A stretch of DNA of 64,000 bases. Source: Schmidtea nova (lineage: Eukaryota). Under the pieces are notes generated by a model, which searched no databases, was not told where the DNA came from, and was given only the letters and a program-made list of their open reading frames with translations. Location of the stretch: the NCBI GenBank assembly GCA_044892505.1, contig CM097882.1:513918001-513982000 (forward strand), in the 5' to 3' direction. Each line of letters begins with the position of its first letter. Position 1 is the first letter of the stretch. Shown here in pieces: positions 39,900 through 53,775 of the stretch. Both the position numbers and the translations under genes were made by a program.

Positions 39900-40235
39900 T
39901 TAGATTACCAAAGATTCAGTTTCAAAGGAATGAAGGGAGAAGAGTCCACCCCAATGGTCAAAGTCACACAAATACCGAAACATTATGACAACCATCTAGT
40001 TGTGGCTATATCGCTAAAGTGCATCCCTACAGATTTGGCTATAGAAATTTTACAGGAACATCAAACAGCCTTCACGAATACCGGGGCGGTTCCACAATAT
40101 TCTCGAAGAATTCCACAAGAGGAGTTTTGGAGTATGGACCGTTTTGTGTTTAGCCCTGCCCACTCAACCGAAACCTAGGACTCTCCCTTTAGTCCCTCAG
40201 AACCCAATTAACGAAGGCATTTCAGCCGAAACAAT
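39900..40235 (+). pseudogene. Probable ORF-A homolog, frameshifted
   Basis: RRIPQEEFWSM aligns with GHIPQSEFAEL (45.2 kb); after a frameshift NPINEGI aligns with KPISESL and APINQEL. Confidence 0.45.
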
Positions 40236-41114
40236 AAATGTGAAAATGGAGTTTTTTTCTTTGTAATCTTTAGTGTTATTTGTAGTACCCAAAAATATTA
40301 ATTTACTGGTGTTATTAAGACTTAGTATTTGTATTTTGTTTAGTTTGAACTTATGCATAAATTGTAGTTAAATCAATCTTATTGAAAACTGTTTATTGAT
40401 AACTGTTGATTAGTTGTTAGGTAGAACTGTTGTATTTTTAACAGATGTGTTAATTATATGTTAGTTAGGAATGTTGTGTTTTTAATAGAAATGTTATGTA
40501 ATAGAAATATGTCAGGGCCCAAAAGAGTCTCCCAAAGAAAATGAATTGTGGGGACAATTGGGGTGCAGGTTATATGTCTATAGTGTGCGTGTAATCAAAA
40601 TAAAATAACAAAATTTGATTATGATACTATAAAAGTTTTATTGTTTAAACTTTTTTAAATCTAAAACCAACAACCAAAATACAATTACTTTGTAATGACC
40701 TCAACAATTTTCTTTGTAGTAATTATTTTCAGGTATAGGATTTTCTCTAATAATTGTTAATTGTTTCGATAGTTAACAGTTTCTGTAGTTAATTGTGTAG
40801 TTAATTCTGTAGTTAATTGTTTCTGTAATTCTTTTATTTTTATCTTTCAATTAATCAATTTTCTTTCAGCTCCAGTTTTGATAACTTCTTTTTGTAATAA
40901 TCCTAACAATTTTCTTTGGAGTAATTATTTTCGGGAATAGGATCTTCTCTGATAATTGGTAATTTTTTCGGTAGTTAATATTTTCTGTAATTCTTTTATT
41001 TGTATCTTTCGATATATTTGGATGACTTGAAATAAATAATAAAGTTGCTTATTTCAATAAATTTGGATGAATTGAAATAAATGATTAATTTGCTTGTTTC
41101 AATAGGAAATTATC

Positions 41115-41390
41115 CGTATTATTTCAGCTGTCTTTTAAAAGCTTTTAAATTCATTTAAAAAAATCAATTTCAATTATTGGTGATTTGGCTTACTATAGCA
41201 TTTGCTATAGCAAGCCAAATTCAAATTTTGAATTGTAATAATAATGAAAAATAAAAATAATGCAAATAAAAATAAAAATGACATCCACACAAAATAATGG
41301 GGGGAACCGAACTATCATTTTCGACACTAACCATAAAATTGCTAAATATAAAAAACAAATTATCATACCAGTTGTTGGGTTCACAACAAA
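41115..41390 (-). mobile_element. Solo LTR fragment related to the 8693/10612 LTR
   Basis: Reverse complement starts TGTTGTGAACCCAACA and shares gcttrctatag and aataattgaaattgattt blocks. Confidence 0.6.
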
Positions 41391-41626
41391 AACATCTGAC
41401 GAAATAGTTTATTAACTAATTGAGGAATTTGGAAGAGTTAGTAATCAAGTGCAATTAAGGGAGACAAAAACCTAAATGTTCGATGGACAGGGAAAGAGTT
41501 AGTGCGAGACGTAGATGCGAGTAAAGGGTCGAAAACCGCGAGTGATAGTAAATTGAGATTGACTAGATATAACACAAAATCACTAGTTGTTATGTTAAAT
41601 TACTAACTTTTATTTAAGAGAAAAAA

Positions 41627-42101
41627 ATGAGTCGGACAACCGCGGAGGAATTTAACGATCAATGTAATATGAGCAACCCACATCAGAACTCCCTTACAGA
41701 GACCATAGGAAAATTAAAAAGACGAATTCAAGACCTCGAGAGTAGTTATTTCTCACCAGCCGAGATGAAGATGGTGAAAGACAAGTTATTAAGAGTAACT
41801 CGAACCGTGGAAGATCAAAGGCTAGAATTTGAGGCAATTAGAATAGAAATGAATAACTGTCGGAGAATCATCACACAACGATTCGTATCCGATATGTTTG
41901 AGAGATTTGATCAGGCCGATGACATTAATAGATTGGTTCCCAACAGCGAATAGAGTAGAGGAAGGTAACAGAAGCACGGTCGATGATACAAGTAAGACAA
42001 CGAGAAAGCGCCGTAACACTCACGCTCAGCGACGACGAATGAAGCAGCGGCAAGAAAAGGAGGAAGCCAAACCCTTGAACGATTTTGGCGAAAACAACTG
42101 A
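41627..42101 (+). pseudogene. ORF-B homolog with one frameshift
   Basis: SYFSPAEMK...EFEAIRIEMNNC aligns with SWFAPARMK...EWEATKIELRKC; basic tail RKRRNTHAQRRRMKQR; tactaac branch site and tttaag acceptor before the ATG. Confidence 0.75.
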
Positions 42102-42317
42102 TGAAAATAATTTAAAACTTGTGTTATTTGTAATAGTGATCAATTATATGTATCAATCAACCTACCAATTATTTTTTGTCTAATTAAATACAACTTAAGA
42201 GTACAATTGATAATACGGTTCCGACGAATAAATGAGGGAGAATTACAACGCACGATTAAGAGATAACACCCGAAATGAGAGACCTGCGTAAGGGTGAGAA
42301 AGGGAAGTAAAGTATGA

Positions 42318-42560
42318 CCTTCTATCGGTCTTAAGGAACCCGTGAAAGTGTTGAATCGAGAGTAGTTCTTGTAAAGTAGCTCACCTGTCGGTCCGCATTC
42401 ACCTGTCACGCACAGTACCAATGTAAATAAATAGGTTATTTACAGGTGCATTGGCAATAAGCTTATTATGTGTGTGTTGTGACCCTAGAGCGGTAAGATC
42501 CACGAGAACAACGATAGAAATTTTTGAGAATTTTAGTAACAACACGCCAACACAATTTTT
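42318..42560. other. Conserved element C (copy 3)
   Basis: CCTTCTATCGG...GAACCCGTGAA...GCTCACCTG...CACAGTACCAA...ACCCTAG...AACACGCCA. Confidence 0.75.
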
Positions 42561-44311
42561 TTTGCAAGCGCTCGTATTTTAAATTATATGTTAGAAGTTT
42601 AATGTGAAAAGTTTTCTTATCTTAAATTTTATGTTGATACAACTGTAATTAAAGTCACTAGTTTTTTAAAAATTGTTTTCATCTTGATACATGATAATAA
42701 TTGTATCTGAAATTGAACAAATTTGTTGGATCTTTACATTTGCAATGCAAGTTTTTGGAAAAAAACTAATCTATTGAATTTTTTTATTAAATTTTTTAAA
42801 TGACTGCAAATTTCACTTAAAATATTTATAAATGATAATTTTAAGAAATACATGAACAAAAAACGCCTAGTTCTATTTTTAAAAAAATTATGAGCGTGGG
42901 ATGTTCAAACACTAAAAGTAATAATGATGTAAAATAATTCGGGGTGCTAAAGCAGGGTTAATTTTTCACTTATTATTGTTAATTTTATAAGAAATAAAAA
43001 CTTTTTTATAAACTAAAAAATAAGTTCTCTGATTGATGATTAATTTTTGGTCGAAATTATATTTTTAGTCAAATATTATTTTTTTGGTAAAAAATTACTC
43101 AGGAACTCAAGATTAGCGTATTTGTACAATTAACGGCTCAGGGTTCAAAGTGTTAGTATATCTAAATTAATAGGATCGATATCAGAATTTCGGTATAGTG
43201 CATAATAAATTAAATATAAACATAAAACGAAGAGAATAATAGTATAAAACATTTTGAATAACAGTGTACGAAATAAATATAAATATTTTTATTAAATAAT
43301 TTATATTGTATCATGTAGTACCAATGTGAAATTATTAATTTTCACCCTAAAATCATTGTATATTTTTTCTCAAAGGTTTATCCTGAGAGAACTTGAAATT
43401 CGAGAATAGTAATCAACTCGTATTTTAGCACGCACAACAATCTAGTAAGTAACGAATATTTTAACAATCAGTGTGAGACCATTTGTAGAATTTTTAAGTA
43501 AATTTTATTTAATGTGTAATAAAAGACTTGATTCTTTCTATCCTATAAATACTTAAGAAACAAATTCACTTTTAGAATCTCATTAAACATCGAGACCTTA
43601 ACAGTAGGACTTTTGTCAACATGTGAGATTCAAGTTACAGTTTTAAGTTCCACATAAACATTAAAGATCTCATTTTAAGAATTAAAAACAAAAATATTTT
43701 GTCGTTTAATAAATTACAGTTGTATTTTCATATACTACACACTTGCACAAATTATGTACTTGCTTTAACGTGAATCGCTTTTTTTTAATTAAAAACAATC
43801 AAATATTCTTTACTTCTATAATAAAAGGCCCAGTACACAAAAAATAATTAATAAAATATACTTACTTAACTTTTCATAAAGCATTTGATAAGTCTCGGCA
43901 ATCCTTTTCATAGAAATTAAATTTAAATTAAATTTTTTAATTGATGTTTTAAACAAACTTTCGTTATTAAAGTTTATTGCAAAGAATTTCAAAAAATCGC
44001 TAAATTTTGTGTAATTAATAAATTAATAATATTAAGTGCAATCAATTAAAAATATAATAATTATGTTTAATTTTATTACTAAAATGAATTAAAGATTTTA
44101 AAATATTTTACTAACTTCGCTGACTTTCTCACTAAACCCTACAAAGACAACACTATCTGAACCTAGAATACCTTTACTGGCTTATAGTAATACTTTATTC
44201 CACCAAACTTTCACTTTTATTACCAAGGTGGGATTAACTAGTTTAAATTACTTTACTATTATTGATTACGAAGAAAACGAAATTCCGGAAAATCCAATAC
44301 ATGTATTTCAT

Positions 44312-44901
44312 TCAAAACATAATAATATCCCCGGTAATCCGAATTATTTCTGTCATTAAGTCCAGCTCGGATAGACCGTCCAGGTAGTCAACTTGCTGTT
44401 GCAGCAGCTGCGCAAACAATTTCTTCTGACTCCTCCGTTTGGAGCCGATTCGCTTCCGCTTTTTCACACTGGCCGGCTTTGAGACTGGTTCCTTCGGTGT
44501 GGCCGGATCGGTGATGAGCGTCATTTCCAGGCCTTCAACGTCGGTCACAAACGAGCACGCTGGTCTTTGCTATCCTGCCCATGTTGGTAGGCGATGGGCC
44601 TAATTTGCGCTTTCAACTATGTTTCAATGAAAGATTTCGTTACTGAATGGAGACATTTCCGTAACTCAATCTTGGTTGCTTCTAATTCCTCTTTGATTTC
44701 CTCCGCCACTCGTTGGGCGCATTCGGTACGAGTGATTTTGTCCTTCATGCGTGCCGGAGTGAACCAGCTTTGCCTCAAATATTGATTTTGCGCTTCCATT
44801 CGGGCCATTTGTGTTCTCATTTGATAGATTTCCTTTTCCAGAATTGTTCTGATTCCTAATGCTTTTTCGCGTTTTGTTTGGTGATCGACTTCTTTATTCA
44901 T
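44312..44901 (-). pseudogene. ORF-B homolog with a stop and a frameshift
   Basis: LRQSWFTPARMK...EATKIELRKCLHSVT...TDVEGL...KKRKRIGSKRRSQKKLFAQ, close to the 60.3-kb copy. Confidence 0.85.
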
Positions 44902-45080
44902 ACTAGAGAAAAAATAGGAAATTTATCATATTTTACATTTAATTTCTTATTATGTAATGGATTCTACTATAATATCAAATGGCATCGTAATCTCAACTCC
45001 TACAGCTAATGACAACTTTACTCAACAACAAAATCAAACAGAAAGATGACACATTTATTTTTACATTTTACACCGTTCGA

Positions 45081-45593
45081 TCAAAACATGGGAATCTTAT
45101 TTCTGGCAAACACTTGCGAGATGTGGAGGCTCTCGCTTATAGGTTTCGTGCGTAGTTCGGAGATCAAGAATGTCTGTAATCTTCCTTCCTGGAATTTTGG
45201 GAGTGGACGTAGAGATGTGAATAGAGTCAACCCCAATTCGGCGAATTCAGATTGGGGAATGTGACCCCAGTAAATCACTCTTTGTGGTCGCTGTTCTTTG
45301 CCTTTGATCAGGATCAGTAATCACCCGAACTGACTGGAGTAAGGTTGGTCTGTTGAAATCGGACAACCGGGGCCTCCCCGATAGAGAATTTCATCGTTCT
45401 CGTTGTCCTAAATAGTGAATTGGCATCTCCTTCTGAACGCTTAACGCCACTTGAACATCTGTGCGTTCAGGGTTCTCAAAATCGGATTCTGTAGCTTATT
45501 TAGGTTCCTTATAGACTTACTCGGCGAGACACCGGCCTGGTTGGTTGCCCATCTCTCAGTTGCTCTTTCACGGTCACTTTCCTCGTTTTCCAT
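45081..45593 (-). pseudogene. ORF-A homolog with three in-frame stops
   Basis: Single frame MENEESDRE...QRPQRVIYWGHIPQSEF...ELRTKPISESLH...; ttctccttag|aaaATG, the same spacing as at 5592. Confidence 0.6.
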
Positions 45594-47919
45594 TTTCTAA
45601 GGAGAAAAAGAAAAATGTATATTAAACTTTTCCGGCCCAACTTAATCACCTCGTTGTTCACTTTTTCATTCTCGTAGCCACAAGCCTTCCGGCCACTTAA
45701 GTTGTATATTCTAGGTCAAAACTCAAGGGCGTCCTCTGTTCAATTGTCACGACTCCTGCGATAAGAAATTCCCTAGCTAGTAATCGTGCTAGTAATGATG
45801 CTTATTCATTTATGTTATAGGTCAACCGATTCGCTAAACTAGTCCGAAAAACCACCCACATAATTTCCCCATATCAATGGCCTGAAAACTTCATAGAAAT
45901 GTAGTTATCCCCTCTCGTACATACATTTAATACATATCATAACTGGAAAATATGTCCCCATAAATATGCATGTAGTTCCCCACATTAACCGAACCTTCGC
46001 ATTGATTTTCCTCTACGACTGCCCTTGAAAATCTCTCCCTCTACGATGTATATTAACCGGAAAAATCATTTCCAACAATATCTAACGATGTGTAGGGATT
46101 CCCCGAGGCGGTATTTAATCATAGATAGAAACTTCGGCTGATAATACCCCACAAATACCCTAACTCACTGGATTTCCATGAAATTCCCAAAAATTTTGAA
46201 TTTAACTCCCCAGTGTCCTCTTTATCATTCGTCTAGTTCGTAAACCCTCATTGAAAATCTCTCATATATAATACTTTGTAAATCACAAAAATCGTCAGTG
46301 AAAATTACTCAACTTGAAAATGAAATCTATGTGCCCTGAAACTTTCTCGAAAAGCATTCTCGCAACCTTTACTCAAACTCGATCACCTGAAAAAATACGT
46401 TGAAAATGGTGCTCACAACCACTTTTATGCAGCCCCATTACTAATAAATGGTTTTCATAAAAACAACCCAAAAACCCACCATCCCGTGGAGCTATAAAGT
46501 CCCACGTAGATGGCTTGAGCCCTCGCAGCGTGAGCTACTAAGGAAGCTTTCTCTATAGAATCAATTAAAAATCATAAATCAAAACTAATATGAAATGATA
46601 AAATATATTGATTAACACATTTAAAATTCATAAATTATGATGATAAAAACATGAAGCTACATAAATAACACAAAATTAATTTCTCAGTTCTCAAGATTCT
46701 GGTCAAATGTAAGTAATTCAAGAATTGTACTATTGTTAGTCAGTTTAATCGAATGAACTATTTTTCTCAAAATTGTAATTCTCTTTCTAATGATTTTTGG
46801 GTCGGTATTTATACTGATCGCGTTGGTTGGATTGACCAATCAGGATCAAGCCGCCTTTCAAAGTAGGTCTCATTATTTTTAATTATTTTAATCAATTTTG
46901 TTACCAGATTTCAATTTCCTACCTCGCAGGTCCGGTTTTCAGTCAATTATTCAATAAAAAGTACTTTTATTTATTGTTATTTTCGTTCTAGCTTTCCTGG
47001 TTCGGTGGGTTTCTCGGTCGTTTGGTTATTTTATTTTTATTGGTAGCTTATTTTTTTCCTAATCTATTTATTTTTTGCTTTTCCCTAGGTTTTTTATGTT
47101 TCATTGGGGTTATTTTTGATTATTTTGTTTTAATTATTACAATTGTTTTTGATTTTTTTAGGTATTTGGCTGGCCCAACACAATCATTAATTATATTAAT
47201 ATTTTTCAATAATTCAAATGTTATTGACTCCCATAATTATTTTCTTTTACATTTATGCGCATCAATTAAAATCATTTATCTTTTTGTTCATTTTAGTCAA
47301 TATTTTTTCATTTAGCTTTCAAATATACATAGAAAAAATTGATCTATAGTCAAAAATTATAATGAAATTTATACACGTCTTTCAATGAATAAATTTACTG
47401 AAAATAATTATTTCCTCAACTCTTTTCTAATAGGTGCTATTTTGGTGGTATTGTTGGGCTGGTAGAAGTGAAGATAAAAATTTCCTTTTAATACGTCGTA
47501 AAATAAATACACAAAAAGAGGCGAATTAAAAACTCACGATAACACATAAAAGAATTAAGCAGAAAAATTCCATACATGTATATAGAATAGTAAGTCACGA
47601 ATAAGCACAAATAGTAGACATACGAACCGCATTTCATAAGTCGGTCGAGGTGGAAATGTTGAGGATTAATAAATAATATTATATATTGATGAAATAACGC
47701 GTGGGAAACCGATAAGTGATTGAGCTAGTATTCTGAAGCTTGGAGAAGAAAACGGAAAAGGAAAAAATTGAGAAAGTAGGAAAGGCTAAAAAAATAAAAC
47801 AAATAAAACAATAAAATAGAGAAGAGTTACTTATAATTAATAAGTGCAAGAAAACAAAATGGAATTCAAAAACGTAAACAAAAAACGTAAACAAAACCAG
47901 TATTTTGACAGCTGTCAGA

Positions 47920-47963
47920 AGTAGGAGGCTATGTCCGGTCTGGATCTGTATGAGCTATCGCGC
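47920..47963 (-). repeat. Terminus of a Polinton-like element, downstream of pPolB
   Basis: AGTAGG-N24-ATGAGCTATCGCGC. Confidence 0.75.
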
Positions 47964-48486
47964 ATTTTTTGATAAGATTTTTTAAGTGTATTTTGTTAAA
48001 ATGTTTGGAATTTTTTATTTTTTTATTATTACATTATTGATTTATTATTATTATTATTTTTAAAATTTAAATTGTATTTATTTATTTTATTTATTAATTA
48101 TTTTTTAAATTAGTTATTTATTTATTTTTTTATATTATTTTTTTGTTAGTATTATTTGTCAGTATTATTTATTATTGTTATTATTATTTTTGAACAACTT
48201 AGATGTTAAACGTTCAATGAAAATACTACTCAAAATAATATAAACATATAACAAAATGAGACGACTATGCTCAACAACAAAAACATAAATATTCAAATAC
48301 GATAAATATTAAACTAAATATTTATTACTTTTTTAATTTATTATTTTTATTATTATTTCTGTGATGTAATCATAGTTTCTAAGAATTAGTACTCATATTA
48401 TAAAATACATACTGAAACTAATTTGTATTATATATATATAACTAAATAAATAAAAAACAATAAAAAACAAAATTTTTCAAAATATT

Positions 48487-51290
48487 TTATTTAAATAAAA
48501 CTGTTTCTTCTTCAGTTGGATCTTGAAATTGTTGATCTGCATTGAATCTTGGATCGCTATGTTGAAATATAACCAAGTCACTCCCTATATAATGACCACA
48601 TGCCAAACTTTTATTTTTTGCTACCCATTTTCTTTTATCATCTGTATTTTTCAGTGCAGTCTTTTCATTTTTAATAGTGAATAGTTGATGATTTTTACTT
48701 GTGATTCTGGTTTGAGGAACAGAAAATATTTGGTTATTATTAAAACAATCTAGGTGTGACTGATGTTTTATGTTAGTGCCCTCTAATGTTACCCCCTTAG
48801 CTTTATTAGTTTCCTCGTTACCTAAAAGACTATAACATTTAGGTCTAAGAAACACCCACTCCTTTCACTTAAGCCTTTTTTTTCGTCTTTGAACTTCCAA
48901 ATGACAGAATCAAGGTTCCTACTATATAATGGGTGATTCGGATCATAATTAGAAGTGTCAAGTAAGTTATCTCTTATCATGGCCGGTAAAACAATATCAA
49001 GCTTACAATTTATAACCTCAAGAAAGAATGAATCGGTGTCACCAGCTACGATGTTGATTTCACATTTGAATTCGTTACGATATTTTTGTAACTCTTCATA
49101 CTGCAGCTGGTACATTTGAAGTTTGGATAAATCCAGTACAGTTTGACCAATGTAGCTGGGTCTATCCAAACACACTGATTCCTTATTCAACAAGACGACA
49201 ACCAAATCATCGTCAATTTCGAAAGTCCTTTTGAAAGTTGACTTAGAAGTATTTGTAATCAGCCTAGAAGGCGAACTACATAATCCTTAATTCATGAGCT
49301 TTTTAGGATTCTCTAAGGTTTTACAATAGAGACTATTATTTAATAATTTATAATAATCTTTACCCAGAGCATTACTTGATTCTGCTTTAAGTCTGGTATT
49401 GGTATCGATTTAATCCTTAAAAATACATGCTTGTTTAAATTTAATTGCCTTATGACATGAGTTATTTTTACTCTAAGAGAAAGAAAAAATTTGAGAAGTC
49501 TCCAATGAAGAACAAAGCACCAACTTATCAACCTTTGAGCCAAATGGACACATCTTTTCAGCGGCAACTGGAAAATCATCCAGCTTGTCGTGAATCGAAT
49601 CAGGAATTTCTAAATCGATTTCTAATTTAAACTCAAATGCTAATACAGGTATCCCTCCTACAACACGATTTCACTGTAACACGATAAAAAATTCCTGAAA
49701 ACCTCTTATAACACGGTACTTCTACAATACGATTTTTATTTTTTTAGAACATTATATTATTGACATAAAATGCAATTCGTGGAATACCCAGATTTTATTA
49801 TATCAAGAATACAAGTCATATTTATTTTTTGTGTAAATATTTTGTCATTTTGTGAAGACCATAGCAAGCCTGCAAACCATATATATATTTTTGTGAAATG
49901 GAAAAAATATATTGTGTAGACTTGTGAAATAGGAAACAAAAATATTTAAATACTTTTTATTTACAAGATATCGATTTTATTAATTTTTTTCAGGTAAGGT
50001 TATAAAGTATGACTATTTTTTGAAAATAATTTTCAGGCCTAAAAAACAATGTCTCGTGAGAATAAAAAACAACTTGGAAGAGAAAGTTTATTTCTTTAGA
50101 AATTAAATACAAATTTTAGGTCGGTTGCTAAAAGGAGAAAAAGCATCACACATTGCAAAAACCTAAATTTAAATGAAGTGACAGTCCGTACAAAAAAGTT
50201 TGTTTTTTATGTATTTAAGTTTGTTTTTATTTGTTTTGTTATTCTTAATAAAAATAAAGTTTTTTCCATGGCATTAAATTTTTTTGAAACGTTTCCCCTC
50301 ATTTTGTATCAGCTTCTAGACTCCTACAGCACGGTGTCACATAACACGTCATATTATAGGAAGGATACCTGTACTTCTAAATCAGCAGATTTACAATATT
50401 AAATTATTTAATTTAATTTTTCCTTCTCAGTTATCTATTAAAATTCTTATTAAGGCAGTTTTTGGCTAAGAGCCCACCCATATAAATTATTTATATCTAT
50501 ATAAAGAAGCTCAATGTCGTCGGAGGATACTACATGGTGTTTATTAACAATTGTTAATCCACCACGGATCCTCCTTCGAAAACATTATACATCACCATAT
50601 CTTGAAGCAATTCGATAGGAGATTTCAAAGTTATCAATGCAGAATTCCACGACAAGCCTGGAATTCCCAAGAAATTAAGAGATTCAAGTCGGTTATGTGC
50701 AATGGACTTTGCCCTAAATTGCTGAAAAAAGTCGGGAAGTTATTAATATGCAGCAAATTAGCAGAAAAAGGCAGGTGACGTTGAAAATACTTATCGTCAT
50801 TGGGTAGAACCGCCTCAAAATCAGCATATACGACGAAAGGAAGGGTAAAGACCTTTGACCAATAGTTGTACCTAACTGGTATTTTGTGCATAAAGCCTGA
50901 TGTTTCTCAAAAGCTTCAGTCAATCTAAAACCATTTAAGCAACGCTCGCACCAATTACATCTTTTCCGGACATTCGTAATAGAAAGTGTCACAATTTAAA
51001 AGTCTATTAAGATTGGTAACTCTTATATAATGAAAAGAGTCACTTTCTTCTAACAAAATCAAATTAATTGGAGTGCCACCTAAAACCTTTGACCTATGAA
51101 TAATATCTACAAATGGATGTTTCATGACTTCCTCCTCCTCCTCATTATTATTATTTAGATCATATTCGTCATATAAAAGGATATTTATAGACAGACCGGG
51201 GTTTTTCGCTTCAAAATTTGGAATATTACATAATTTCATTGGAAGATCAGAAAGATCAAAAACAGGTCTGAAATATTATAATTATAAGAC
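48487..51290 (-). pseudogene. polB: pPolB copy with an internal deletion and a Tigger insertion
   Basis: N-mid part at 50780-51290; palm start at 50440-50770; C-terminus with AGDTDSFFL, KFKDE, LRPKCYS, KAKGV, DDKR. Confidence 0.9.
49646..50371 (+). mobile_element. Tigger/pogo-derived non-autonomous element
   Basis: TA|CAGGTATCCCTCCTA...TAGGAAGGATACCTG|TA; CENP-B-type HTH remnant (KGEKASHIAK...LNEVTVRT); empty site in the paralog at about 55452. Confidence 0.9.
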
Positions 51291-51380
51291 CTAGGTAATG
51301 AATCTTTAATTTCAGAAATAACATTGGATTTAGTGCAGGTAAAATCTTTGAATTATTATTTAACACATAATTGGCAGTTG

Positions 51381-51533
51381 TTATGCCAAAATTTTCACTA
51401 TGTCTAAAATTGATAATGCAAATCTACCTATTGTTTTCAACCAACCAGTACCATACTGTTTACATACAAAATACGGCAATTATCCCCCAGATTGGCTGTT
51501 TCTATAGAAACTGATAATATCTGGATTATTCAT
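51381..51533 (-). pseudogene. Small Gly-motif protein of the Polinton/adintovirus structural module
   Basis: MNNPDIISFYRNSQSGG*LPYFVCKQYGTGWLKTIGRFAL; its ATG overlaps the penton stop. Confidence 0.6.
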
Positions 51534-52515
51534 TTATTTTACGGAAATGTAATCTAAAGTAAGTCTTGTCTTCTTTTGAAAATTTAACTATTTTTCAACT
51601 GTCGTCCTGAATATTGATTTCTCTATATGTGAAACTTACAGGTAAAATCTATTTCAACAATTTGTATCAAATCTCCCTTTTATGTTTTCCAACCCTAACA
51701 CATTTCAATAGGGGAACTGACTTGTCACCAACAAGAATTGCTTGAATAATATTCGCATAGATGAACATTTATTAATGGAGTTTTAAAACTTTTGAAAGAT
51801 AATATTTGTCTATATATTCTTGATCTACTAATCCTAATGAATTGGCCAAATTTCTACTAAATTTAACACTAGTTATATCATCTTCAAGAATTAATTTAAT
51901 TAATTTTCCTTCTTTAATATCAATCAATTAAATTGTATGGATGGGGATAAAAATTCTCAATTTGATCCGATAATTGAGTAAGATCATTTATTATCAAATC
52001 TTCTTTGAATTTATTTTTATATTATACAGAGTAAGTATATCTTATAGTAAACCGAATAGTACGTATTAACAAGTTTTGTATTATTATCGGCAAGAATTAC
52101 AATTTTATTCAATTCATTATCAAAATTCATTATCAAAATCCTAATTTTTGAGCTTGTTCAACAGTATCGAATATTATTTGAAATATTTACAATTTACATA
52201 TAAAATATTGCCGTCAATATGCGCTAAGTAATACTGAGAATCGTGACTAATTTCATATCCATTCTTTTCTTGCTTAAAATTGAAATATTCATAACTAGAA
52301 TGTAATTCACTTCTAGTAAATTTTATACTTGAACTATTATAAAACGGAAATTTATTGTACACACAAATAAAATCCATAAAAGCAACTTCCCAACTACCAT
52401 CCAAATAAATTGGGTTTTGATATTCCACATTAAACTTTCCAGCTTTATTATTGGGATGTGTCAATGGGCAAGAATTACTTGGTAAATTAACATTAAAAAA
52501 ATCCATTTTAATCAT
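51526..52515 (-). pseudogene. Minor capsid protein (penton-like), copy 2, full length but disabled
   Basis: FNVNLPSNS...N...F...PIYLDGSWEVA at the N-terminus; MFIYANIIQAILVGDKSVPLL...LHFRKINE at the C-terminus. Confidence 0.8.
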
Positions 52516-52935
52516 TTATTTTACAAAAATGTAGAGTCAAATGAGTCTTTGTATCTTTTGAAAATTTAATTAAATTCCCACTGTCATCACAAATATTGAT
52601 TTCAATGTTGTTTGTAGTTGATGTTGAAATCGACAAATACATTGGAATAGTTATTTCAATTTGTAAAACTTCGCCTTGGTTATATTTCTTGATCCAAATT
52701 GATTTTAGGAGGGGAACTCGTACATCTCCAACTAGCACTGGTTCGATATTGTTACTGTAAATGAACATTTGCTGATGAAGTTGTGAAATGTTGGGGATTG
52801 TTTCAGTGATTATTTCTGTATCAGTATATGTTTGTTTCTGTAGACCCAGAGTTTCGGTAAAACTTGAGTCAAAAGTATTTTTTGAAATATTTTTCCTGAA
52901 GAAGGATTTTAATCATTTCAATTTTTGACAAGTTT
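52508..52935 (-). pseudogene. Minor capsid protein (penton-like), copy 1, C-terminal part
   Basis: TLGL...MFIYSNNIEPVLVGDVRVPLL...PMYL...IEINICDDSGNLIKF...LHF. Confidence 0.8.
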
Positions 52936-52942
52936 CATTTCT

Positions 52943-53770
52943 TTAAATGGAGTGTCGGAAAACAATCAATTTGATATAAGTCAGATAAAAATAACATATA
53001 TTCGACATTGACATTGATGACATCTTTGACAGCCTAACCCATTGATTTTGATTGATCGTGCTGGGATTCGGAATTGTTTGCACATTACACATGTTGTGTT
53101 TGGGATTCAATAGTTTTTGGTTGAATACTTTATTGGTTTCCCTCTGACTCATATTGCAGCCACGGAAAATCGAAGAATCATTGGGAATGTTTAGGAATGA
53201 GAAATATTGAGGATTGTTTTGAAATTTTTGGGTTAAATAAGAATTTGCACTTCTAGACGGAGTACATAAACAATCCGATAGTTTATAAGTATTCGATGAG
53301 TCTATGAGTTCGTTGGGTATGAAGGTTTTTGAACCGAACAAAAGTTGTGAAGGTGACACGCCACTTGAGTGGTTGGGTGTGTTGTGCCAACCAAGCAAGA
53401 CGAATGATAATGCTTTGGTCCATGAAGTTGTCGTTGAGAGTATTCTGAGGGATGACTTTAAAGTCCGATGGACGCGTTCTACAAGACCGTTTGTTTATGG
53501 GTGATATGAGCTGGTTCATAAATGTGTTATGCCGAGGCTTGTGGTCAAATATTCGAAAAGATCTGATTCGAATTGTATGCCCTGGCCTGTAATTATGGCG
53601 GTTGGAATTCCATAACATGAAAATCAGGTGGATATTAAGGCGTGTGTGACCGTTTTTGCAGTGATGTCGGAAATTGGAACAGCTTCGAACCACCGTGTTT
53701 TCCTATCAATCATTATCAGTATGTAGTAGAATCCGCTGTCTGCGGGAAGTTTGCCTACTAAGTTGATGTG
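52943..53770 (-). pseudogene. Gypsy-type integrase fragment
   Basis: HINLVGKLP...IDRKTRWFEAVPISDITA...QGIQFES...SYHP*TNGLVERVHRTLK...SPSQLLFG. Confidence 0.85.
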
Positions 53771-53775
53771 GAGTA

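Noticed and set aside
42318-42345. Twister-like CGGTCTTAAG...CCCG in element C
   Set aside because: The loop is not conserved in the other three copies, and the pseudoknot partners are missing.
52943-53770. Integrase next to the pentons as the Polinton's own integrase
   Set aside because: Its motifs (VGxLP, TRWFEAVP, QFES, YHPxxNGLVER) are Gypsy-type, and it is cut by the element terminus. A phylogeny would confirm this.
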